From Candidatus Bathyarchaeota archaeon (lineage in GTDB: Archaea; Thermoproteota; Bathyarchaeia; Bathyarchaeales; SOJC01), in NCBI GenBank assembly GCA_020345645.1, contig CP070765.1:610440-651749 (forward strand): DNA of 41,310 nt, in the 5' to 3' direction. The position numbers and the translations under genes are program-made. Shown here one piece after another: positions 17,590 to 24,396 of the stretch; within the stretch, counting starts at the first letter, position 1; every line of letters starts with the position of its first letter. The notes beneath the pieces were generated by a model, which saw nothing but the letters and a program-made list of their open reading frames with translations, was not told the origin of the DNA and made no database searches.

Positions 17590-18846
17590 ATGGAGATTGA
17601 AGCCGATACTTCAACGTTCAGAAGCTACCTAGTGTTCTGGACCGGTCAACTAACTTCGCTCCTAGGATCGATAATCGCTCAATTTGTCATCATCTGGTGG
17701 ATAACATTACAGACTGAAAGCGCAGTCTATCTATCGATTGCCTCCTTTGTCGGCTTCATTCCTCAAATTGCATTGGGACCATTCGCTGGGGTACTCGCTG
17801 ATCGATGGAGTCGAAAGAAAATCAGTGGCGTCACCGACTTTCTGCAAGCGCTGACCACGATGTCGTTAATAGTATTATTCTGGTTCAACGCAGCTTCAAT
17901 TTTGCATGTTCTGGTAATGCTGGCCATTCGAAGTGCGTTTCAAGCCTTCCACACGCCAGCCGTGGCAGCGATAACACCTACTATGGTGCCAAAGGACAAA
18001 CTTAGTCGAATAAATGGGTTAAACAGCTTCTCAGCTGGAGCATTCAACCTAATTGGACCAATCTTAGCGGCTTTGTTACTCACCGTCTGGGACATCCATC
18101 AGATCCTCTGGATTGACGCTATCACGTTTGTGGTAGCGGTGATCCCTCTGTTAATAATCACAATTCCGGCAGTCACTGGAGTTCAAGAGCAAGCTAGAGA
18201 AAAACCCTCTTTCCTCAGCGAGTTGACTACGGGTTTAGGGTTCATCAAGCGTGCGAGAGGTCTTCTGCCGCTCCTGTTCACGGCGACAATGTTGAACTTC
18301 TTACTCGTCCCACTCTCTACACTTCTCCCCTATTACGTCAAAGTAGATCATTTTGGGGGCGCTGAAGACTTGGCGTTCGTCTCTGCGTTCTTTGGAGCAG
18401 GGTCACTAGGGGGAGGGCTCTTGATGTCGATAACGAAAGGATTCAAAAAGAAAGTGACAACAGGGATAATCTTCGTCTACGTCATCTTCTTAGGGTACTC
18501 GATCATAGCACTCACACCAACAGGTCTATTTTGGTTTATGGCTATGGGGGCTTTAATCGGTGCATTTGCACCCCCAATATTCAATGTCTCTCTACTGACA
18601 ATATTGCAGGTAGTTGTTCCTCTGCAAATGCAAGGTAGGGTAAACTCGGTATTAAACACCCTTGCGACAGCAGCGATGCCTTTGGGCATGATTATTGCTG
18701 GACCATTAGCAGAGTATATAGGTACGAGCAGTCTCTTCCTCGCCTGTGTTATAGCCGGAGTAACCATCCTGACATTCTCATGGTTTTTCACTGACATGAG
18801 ACACATAGAAAAACTTGAAGCAGCACATAATACGGTTTCACAATAG
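17590..18846 (+). CDS. MFS transporter (EntS/MFS_3-like)
   Basis: The product has 12 predicted TM helices and the GVLADRWSRKK loop motif. It is 418 aa. Confidence 0.8.
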   Translation: MEIEADTSTFRSYLVFWTGQLTSLLGSIIAQFVIIWWITLQTESAVYLSIASFVGFIPQIALGPFAGVLADRWSRKKISGVTDFLQALTTMSLIVLFWFNAASILHVLVMLAIRSAFQAFHTPAVAAITPTMVPKDKLSRINGLNSFSAGAFNLIGPILAALLLTVWDIHQILWIDAITFVVAVIPLLIITIPAVTGVQEQAREKPSFLSELTTGLGFIKRARGLLPLLFTATMLNFLLVPLSTLLPYYVKVDHFGGAEDLAFVSAFFGAGSLGGGLLMSITKGFKKKVTTGIIFVYVIFLGYSIIALTPTGLFWFMAMGALIGAFAPPIFNVSLLTILQVVVPLQMQGRVNSVLNTLATAAMPLGMIIAGPLAEYIGTSSLFLACVIAGVTILTFSWFFTDMRHIEKLEAAHNTVSQ

Positions 18847-18932
18847 CCATAAGGTTTGGCACTGGATTGCTAACTTCTTTGCAGGTGCACACTGGCATAA
18901 AGTTGAACTGGTAGAACGATGAAGTGGTAGAT

Positions 18933-19292
18933 ATGGACTTCAAGGTCATATTCGGCTCAATTGGCGCCATCATCTGTTTCTTTTTCGGTGTAATCTTCGC
19001 GTTAGCTTCAGGGGCGTCTGGTGCAGACACGTCTTCAAGGCTAGCCGTCTCAGCAATTCTATTCATTATGGGTTGCGGAGTAGTGGTGATCCTATATGTG
19101 ATCTCCAAGAAGCCTGCTAGAATCATTCACCAAGTAGAACTCTCCGGAGAAATGAAGGCGGTCCCCATTCAATGTCCAAGCTGTGGAGGTTCAATCGACC
19201 CTCAACGCATAAAGATCAAGGACGGAGTGCCCTACGCAACGTGCAGATACTGCGGAAAGACGGTGGAGGTCGCAGAGGAGCCGAAATGGTGA
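18933..19292 (+). CDS. Membrane protein with 2 TM helices and a C-terminal zinc ribbon
   Basis: Two hydrophobic helices are followed by CPSCGG...(20 aa)...CRYCGK (CxxC...CxxC). The stop overlaps the next gene's ATG (ATGGTGA), implying translational coupling. An alternative GTG start is at 18924. Confidence 0.55.
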   Translation: MDFKVIFGSIGAIICFFFGVIFALASGASGADTSSRLAVSAILFIMGCGVVVILYVISKKPARIIHQVELSGEMKAVPIQCPSCGGSIDPQRIKIKDGVPYATCRYCGKTVEVAEEPKW

Positions 19293-20908
19293 CTACCAAA
19301 AAGAGTCTACTCTTGCTCTCCTTGAGCTTAATCGTTGTTCTCGGACCGATCAATGCAGAAGCTCAGAGTCTCATCTACCACGTCAACCACGAATGGGTGA
19401 AGATCTGGATCAACCAAGATGGCACAATCGACGTTCTCTACGACATTGAAGTTGCGTGTGATCAAGGGACCCTACATTGGTTCGAGATCGGACAGCCCAA
19501 CGATGACTTCATCATAGGTGATGCGTTCGACGAATCCGGAACTAGGTTGCCGACATCGGATGAAAGCTCTCGAGGCGACTACAGGGTCCGAGTGGACGTT
19601 GAAGACATTGATGCTGGTGAAAGCACACGCTTCACCTTGACAACGAACGTCGGACGGATGGTCTGGGAAGACGTGGAGAATCCGGGCAATGTAGGCATGA
19701 AGTTTACACCTTCATGGTTCTCCGTAAACGTGGGCAACTTACGGGTTCGGATTGTCATGCCAGAAGGAGTGACCGAGGTAGACGTGAAAACGCTGACGGG
19801 CGTTGAATGGGACAACGCAGACTATGTAGATGGCCCCTTTGCAGTCTACTGGGAAAGAGAGGATCTTTCTCCGAACGTTAAATTCACGTTTGGCGTTTCG
19901 TTTCCAGAGCAGTATGTTGAACACTATGAAGTGCAGCCGGATTTCATAGGGAAGTATGGACTCTGGATTGGAGTCTTCATCGTACTCGTCTTAATTCTCG
20001 TCGGAGTCGTCTTAGCTTCCTTCCAGAAGAAGCCCTACTTGAAGCCGGTGATGAGTATGGAAGCTTTAGGCGTCAGAAGAGGCTTGACAGCTGTAGAAGC
20101 AGCGTGCCTTCTGGATCTCAAACCAGAGATGATTGTTACGACGATCTTATACAGCCTCTTGAAGAAGAGAGCGGTGTGGGTAACAGCGACTGAGCCTTCG
20201 GTAAGGTTAAGAGTGATAGAGAAATTCAAAGAGACACCTCAAAGTTCAACGGTAAACCCGCTTCGATACTACGAGATCGACTTCTTGAAAGCAGTAAAGA
20301 AGGACGGGACCTTGGATGAGCAGCTTTTAGCCGAGACGATCTCGTTTCTCGACCGCAGTGTCGAAGAGAAACTTCACGGGTATTGCAGAAAGGATACTGT
20401 AGATTACTATTCACGGGTCGTGGAGAAAGTGTGGACAGAAGTTGCGCAAGCGGAAACATCGAAGCTGTCCTCGGAGCTCTTCGACGAACACCTCCTCTGG
20501 CTCCTTCTGGACCCTAACCGCCAAAAGAAGACTGAGAAAGCATTTTCAAATCGAGTATTTGAGCCCTCATCCCTCTGGTTCTGGTACTGGTTCGGATATC
20601 GACACTACCATCCACGACCAGAATTTGAACCAAACGTGGATACACCGGCAAAATCAGGTCAACCACCGAAGATACCAGGTGCAGAGTTCGCGAATAACAT
20701 TGCGACAGCCGTCGAAAAGACGTCGAATAACATCGTTAACAACTTAGAGAAGTTCGCAAACGCCATACTCCCTGCATCCCCACCGCCTAAAACATCGCGG
20801 CAGCCAACGCATCATCGCTCAAACTGTGTCTGCGCATGCGCTGCGTGCGCATGTGCATGTGCATGCGTCTCCTGTGCCTGCGCCTGTGCAGGTGGCGGGG
20901 CAGGATGA
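19286..20908 (+). CDS. Membrane protein with DUF2207-like architecture ending in a Cys-Ala repeat tail (NCVCACAACACACACVSCACACAGGGAG)
   Basis: A signal peptide (MVTTKKSLLLLSLSLIVVLGPINAEAQS) leads into an extracytoplasmic domain of about 230 aa. One TM helix (LWIGVFIVLVLILVGVVLASF) follows, then a cytoplasmic region of about 270 aa with RGLTAVEAACLLDL... The last 27 residues contain 10 Cys. The start is chosen at the ATG overlapping the upstream stop; the ORF is open from 19172. Confidence 0.7.
   Translation: MVTTKKSLLLLSLSLIVVLGPINAEAQSLIYHVNHEWVKIWINQDGTIDVLYDIEVACDQGTLHWFEIGQPNDDFIIGDAFDESGTRLPTSDESSRGDYRVRVDVEDIDAGESTRFTLTTNVGRMVWEDVENPGNVGMKFTPSWFSVNVGNLRVRIVMPEGVTEVDVKTLTGVEWDNADYVDGPFAVYWEREDLSPNVKFTFGVSFPEQYVEHYEVQPDFIGKYGLWIGVFIVLVLILVGVVLASFQKKPYLKPVMSMEALGVRRGLTAVEAACLLDLKPEMIVTTILYSLLKKRAVWVTATEPSVRLRVIEKFKETPQSSTVNPLRYYEIDFLKAVKKDGTLDEQLLAETISFLDRSVEEKLHGYCRKDTVDYYSRVVEKVWTEVAQAETSKLSSELFDEHLLWLLLDPNRQKKTEKAFSNRVFEPSSLWFWYWFGYRHYHPRPEFEPNVDTPAKSGQPPKIPGAEFANNIATAVEKTSNNIVNNLEKFANAILPASPPPKTSRQPTHHRSNCVCACAACACACACVSCACACAGGGAG
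20825..20890 (+). repeat. Imperfect (TGY-GCN)n hexanucleotide-type repeat, alternating purine/pyrimidine, encoding the (Cys-Ala)n tail
   Basis: The codons are tgt gtc tgc gca tgc gct gcg tgc gca tgt gca tgt gca tgc gtc tcc tgt gcc tgc gcc tgt gca. Third positions vary, so the repeat is kept at the peptide level rather than being a clean DNA microsatellite. Confidence 0.85.
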
Positions 20909-20924
20909 TGCAGGAGGAATTAGA

Positions 20925-22271
20925 TTGAGCTTCCTACGGAAGATCTTCAAATACCCCAAGATCCCAACTGGTCGCTACACGTACAGAGGAGTGGGAGAAC
21001 TCGCGAAGATGGCTCTGCAACTCCGAGTGGAACCCAACCATCAAGGATTATTAGTGATCAACGCCAACACCGTCCTGTATCTCAATGAAACAGCTACAGT
21101 CCACGCCTACTTCTTGATGCAGGGAATGCCCATCGATGAAGCTGTGGAAAACGTTCAGAGGATGTACCATGTGAAGAAGGCTACAGCGCGATCTGAACAC
21201 GAGAAGCTCATCTTCACCATCAGCACCCTCGCGCAAACCGAGAAAGTCTGCCCAGTCTCCTACCTCGACGTGAAACAAGTAGAACCGTTCACCCAACCAG
21301 TCTCCGCCCCCCTCCGAATGGACCTCGCCCTGACTTTCCGATGCCAAAACAAGTGCGTCCACTGCTACGCGGGAGGTTCCCACGAAACGGCTGAACTCTC
21401 GACACACGAGTGGAAAACCATCATAACGAAGCTCGGAGAAATCGGGGTATTCATCGTCACCTTTACGGGTGGTGAACCGACCCTTCGAGAAGACTTACCA
21501 GACCTTTTAACATTTGCCCAGGAGAACGGCGTCGTCACAGGGCTAATCACCAACGGAAGAAGACTCGCTGACCGAAATTACGTGCAGAGACTCGGAGGAG
21601 CCGGATTGGATTTCGTGCAGATTACGCTAGAGTCGCATAAGGCCACAGTTCATAACAGAATCACAGGCGTGAAAGGAAGTTGGACTGAGACCGTCAGAGG
21701 AATTAAAAACGCGGTAGAAACGGAGATCTATGTCACCACAAACACTACGCTGAACATGCAGAACGCGGACGGATTCCTAGAAACCATAGATTTCATCAAG
21801 GATTTGGGCGTAGCCGCGTTTGGCTGCAACAGCCTCATATATTCTGGAAAAGGAGCCGAGGTCAGCGATCAAATTGCCCTTCAAACAGAAAGCCTAGAAG
21901 AACTGCTGCGTGACATCAAAGAAAAAGCAGCCCACCTAGGACTAAAGTTCCTTTGGTATACACCTACCCAATATTGTCAGTTAGATCCAGTGAAGTTAGG
22001 GCTTGGAGTGAAATCCTGCACTGCAGCTCAAGTCAACATGTGTATTGCTCCGAACGGAGACGTGTATCCTTGCCAGAGTTACTTTGAGAGCCTAGGAAGC
22101 ATCCTCAAAGAGAAATGGATAACAATCTGGAATCACCCGCTGGCAAAAAGAATTAGAAACCGAGAGTACATCGAGCCAAAGTGTGAAGAGTGCCCGCAAC
22201 TCGCAGTATGTGGAGGAGGATGCCCCTTGGAACTCGAGTATAGAAAATACTTGTGCAGTTCAACTAATTGA
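20925..22271 (+). CDS. Radical SAM / SPASM-domain enzyme with an N-terminal PqqD-like RRE domain (peptide/protein-modifying maturase type)
   Basis: The radical SAM cluster motif is CQNKCVHCYAG (CxxxCxxC, 21342-21365) and the GGEPTL SAM motif is present. The C-terminal SPASM cysteines are C..CTAAQVNMCIAPNGDVYPC...CEECPQLAVCGGGCP. The N-terminal segment LQLRVEPNHQGLLVINANTVLYLNETATVHAYFL..GMPIDEAVENVQRMY resembles PqqD. The start is uncertain: TTG 20925 follows a GGAGG, with alternatives GTG 20892, GTG 20826 and ATG 21009. Confidence 0.85.
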   Translation: MSFLRKIFKYPKIPTGRYTYRGVGELAKMALQLRVEPNHQGLLVINANTVLYLNETATVHAYFLMQGMPIDEAVENVQRMYHVKKATARSEHEKLIFTISTLAQTEKVCPVSYLDVKQVEPFTQPVSAPLRMDLALTFRCQNKCVHCYAGGSHETAELSTHEWKTIITKLGEIGVFIVTFTGGEPTLREDLPDLLTFAQENGVVTGLITNGRRLADRNYVQRLGGAGLDFVQITLESHKATVHNRITGVKGSWTETVRGIKNAVETEIYVTTNTTLNMQNADGFLETIDFIKDLGVAAFGCNSLIYSGKGAEVSDQIALQTESLEELLRDIKEKAAHLGLKFLWYTPTQYCQLDPVKLGLGVKSCTAAQVNMCIAPNGDVYPCQSYFESLGSILKEKWITIWNHPLAKRIRNREYIEPKCEECPQLAVCGGGCPLELEYRKYLCSSTN

Positions 22272-22394
22272 GATAAGTACGTGTTTCACGAAGCTGCCTC
22301 ACTACACAGAGAGAACGTCGGGGATGGAGGCGTCTCTTCAAACGTGCGTTTAAATATGCGTCTTAGGTCCATCATCGGTAGGAGAATCAACCAA

Positions 22395-22505
22395 ATGCCA
22401 AATTGGGTATGTGAAGAATGTAAAACTGAGTACCAAAGCAGGTGCCGCATGGCAGAATGCTCCAACTGCGGAGCCCCCAAAGAAAAGCACAAAAAGAAAG
22501 CTTAA
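22395..22505 (+). CDS. 36-aa zinc-ribbon micro-protein with a Lys-rich tail (MPNWVCEECKTEYQSRCRMAECSNCGAPKEKHKKKA)
   Basis: The CxxC...CxxC knuckles are present. TTTAAATA lies about 45 nt upstream and TAGGAG about 10 nt upstream of the ATG. The ORF is open from 22281, but that N-terminal extension looks non-coding. Confidence 0.45.
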   Translation: MPNWVCEECKTEYQSRCRMAECSNCGAPKEKHKKKA

Positions 22506-22517
22506 CGTTGAATAGCA

Positions 22518-22916
22518 ATGGACTATGGCAAAATGGACCACACAATAGTCCACTTTGAGATCCCTGCCAACGACGTAGAAAAGCTACGGAAATTCTACTC
22601 AGAGCTTTTCGGATGGAAGATCGAGAAGACACCTGGGCCAATCCCCTATTGGACCATCGAAACGGTTCCAATCGATGAGAACATGATGCCCCTGAGACCC
22701 GGCGTTAATGGAGGGATGTACCCAAAAGTAGACCTGGAGCAGAAGCCTATCAACTACTTCTCGGTTGAGTCAATCGACGAGTGTCTTCGCAACATAGAGA
22801 CCTCAGGGGGAAGGATCGTTCAAGAAAAGCAGGAAGTCACAGGAGTAGGGTGGATCGCAGTCGCCCTCGACCCAGAAGGAAACCGGTTCGCCATCCTGCA
22901 ACCAATGCGTCAATGA
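22518..22916 (+). CDS. VOC (glyoxalase/bleomycin-resistance/dioxygenase) family protein
   Basis: HFEIPANDVEKLRKFYSELFGWKIE and the C-terminal DPEGNRFAILQ are typical VOC beta-alpha-beta-beta-beta modules. The product is 132 aa. Confidence 0.8.
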   Translation: MDYGKMDHTIVHFEIPANDVEKLRKFYSELFGWKIEKTPGPIPYWTIETVPIDENMMPLRPGVNGGMYPKVDLEQKPINYFSVESIDECLRNIETSGGRIVQEKQEVTGVGWIAVALDPEGNRFAILQPMRQ

Positions 22917-23008
22917 AGCTCCCATAAAAAACCGTCATGGAAAGTAGCAAGCCAGCGTCAGCACAATTCTTTAATTACGTAAGGTAACAAGGAAGAGCGA
23001 GAAGCACC

Positions 23009-23443
23009 TTGAACCCAACTGAGAGAGCACAGTTAAAAGACGAGATATTCCGATACTTCGTCGAACAACAACACATCTCTCTCGCCACGGTTGAGGGGAA
23101 TCAGCCTCGAGTTAGACCCGTGACCCTAATCTATCTTCGTGACGACTTCTACGTTGCTACGGGTTCAGGCGATGCGAAAACGAGCCAGATCCAGAGCAAT
23201 CCCCGAGTCGAATTCAGCCTTCTCGTTGAGCAAGGCGAATCCAGAGGCACAATTCGAGCAGAATGCGAAGCTAGCCTAGTGAAAGACGCGGAGATCCGAA
23301 CACACATCTTCGAGAAGATTCCTTTTATGAAAGAGTTCTTCAAAACCCCAGAAGATCCAAAGTACACCCTGATCAAACTCGAACCAAAAGCTTTCGAATA
23401 CATGAAGCCTGGCAGTATCCAATCCCAAAAGATCAAGCTTTGA
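23009..23443 (+). CDS. Pyridoxamine 5'-phosphate oxidase-like FMN-binding split-barrel protein
   Basis: The product is 144 aa with ..ISLATVEGNQPRVRPVTLIY..DDFYVATGSGDAKTSQI..NPRVEF, typical of the family. The start codon is TTG. Confidence 0.7.
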   Translation: MNPTERAQLKDEIFRYFVEQQHISLATVEGNQPRVRPVTLIYLRDDFYVATGSGDAKTSQIQSNPRVEFSLLVEQGESRGTIRAECEASLVKDAEIRTHIFEKIPFMKEFFKTPEDPKYTLIKLEPKAFEYMKPGSIQSQKIKL

Positions 23444-23480
23444 CGTACAGATACTACGAGAGGCATTTAGAGAGAAAGGC

Positions 23481-24377
23481 ATGTCTGAGACGAAGCCCCC
23501 GCCAACTGGAATAAACTCTACACCAAAGAGTCGGGTGAAATTTACCAACTTACAGAAGATCCTGTACCCTGGCCTTAGAGTCGCAAAATACCAAGTTGTC
23601 GAGTACTATCTCAACGTAGCTTCCCGAATGCTGCGTTTTCTTGCAGGAAGACCAGTATCAATGTACAGGTTTCCAGACGGAGTCGGCGAGGCAGGATTCT
23701 ACGAAAAAGACGCACCGAAAGGAAAACCGTTCTGGGTAAAAACCTTCAGCCGGTTCTCTGAAACCGCCAACCGAACACTGGACTACATAGTCTGTGAAGA
23801 CACTGAGACACTCGCTTGGCTCGCAAACCTCGCAGCACTAGAAATTAACATCACCCTCTCCACCATCGAGTCTTATGGTAAACCAGACATGGTTCTCTTT
23901 GACATTGACCCAGAGCCCCCAGCAGGATTCAATGACGCAGTAGAAGTGGCACGCCATCTGAACGAGAAACTGGATCTACTTGGATTCAAATGCTATATCA
24001 AAACCTCCGGGAAAAAAGGGTTACATGTCGCTCTTCCCATCGCAAAGAAGTACACGTTCAGGCAGACTCGGGCGTTCGTCCACCAGATGGGGAGAATCCT
24101 CGGAAAAGAATTCGACCTTGTCGTCTCAGAGTTCTCTCGAACAAAGGACCGAGGGACTGTCTTCGTCGACTACATGCAGAACGTTCAGGGGAAAACGATG
24201 GTATGTCCTTACAGTCTGCGAGCGACGAAGGAAGCATCCGTCTCAACCCCTCTCGAGTGGAGAGAGGTGAAAAAAGGGCTCATCCCTGAAGACCTGAATA
24301 TCTTCAGCGTCGCAAAACGTAAAACCGATCCCTGGAAAGGGTTTTTCGAGAACCAGCAGACCTTAGACTTCACTTAG
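23481..24377 (+). CDS. LigD-type NHEJ polymerase/primase domain protein (stand-alone PolDom, AEP superfamily)
   Basis: Seen are FTNLQKILYP...Y, the catalytic DxD in VLFDIDPEP, SGxxGxH in KTSGKKGLHVALP, and VDYMQNVQGKTMVCPYSLRA. The product is 298 aa. Confidence 0.88.
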   Translation: MSETKPPPTGINSTPKSRVKFTNLQKILYPGLRVAKYQVVEYYLNVASRMLRFLAGRPVSMYRFPDGVGEAGFYEKDAPKGKPFWVKTFSRFSETANRTLDYIVCEDTETLAWLANLAALEINITLSTIESYGKPDMVLFDIDPEPPAGFNDAVEVARHLNEKLDLLGFKCYIKTSGKKGLHVALPIAKKYTFRQTRAFVHQMGRILGKEFDLVVSEFSRTKDRGTVFVDYMQNVQGKTMVCPYSLRATKEASVSTPLEWREVKKGLIPEDLNIFSVAKRKTDPWKGFFENQQTLDFT

Positions 24378-24396
24378 AGAAGAGGATGGCAACGCG

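Noticed and set aside
19172-19285. N-terminal extension of the Cys-tail protein ORF (MSKLWRFNRPSTHKDQGRS...)
   Set aside because: It overlaps the 3' end of the upstream zinc-ribbon gene in another frame. The ATG at 19286 starts a textbook signal peptide and overlaps the upstream stop codon, which makes it the likelier start.
20825-20890. Repeat tract considered as a CRISPR array or simple microsatellite
   Set aside because: The unit is 6 nt with no spacers, and it lies inside an ORF and in frame. Third-position variation shows it is a coding peptide repeat, not a CRISPR array or a pure slippage microsatellite.
20826-20924. N-terminal extension of the radical SAM ORF (SAHALRAHVHVHASPVPAPVQVAGQDDAGG)
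   Set aside because: This is the +1 reading of the (TGY-GCN)n repeat that encodes the upstream protein's Cys-Ala tail. The His/Ala/Val periodicity is a by-product of the repeat. A TTG preceded by GGAGG at 20925 is a more plausible start, although GTG 20892 or ATG 21009 cannot be excluded.
22286-22671. Three overlapping minus-strand ORFs (67-94 aa) across the small zinc-ribbon gene and the VOC gene start
   Set aside because: They are mutually overlapping and antisense to better-supported plus-strand genes. They are hydrophobic or low-complexity with no motifs.
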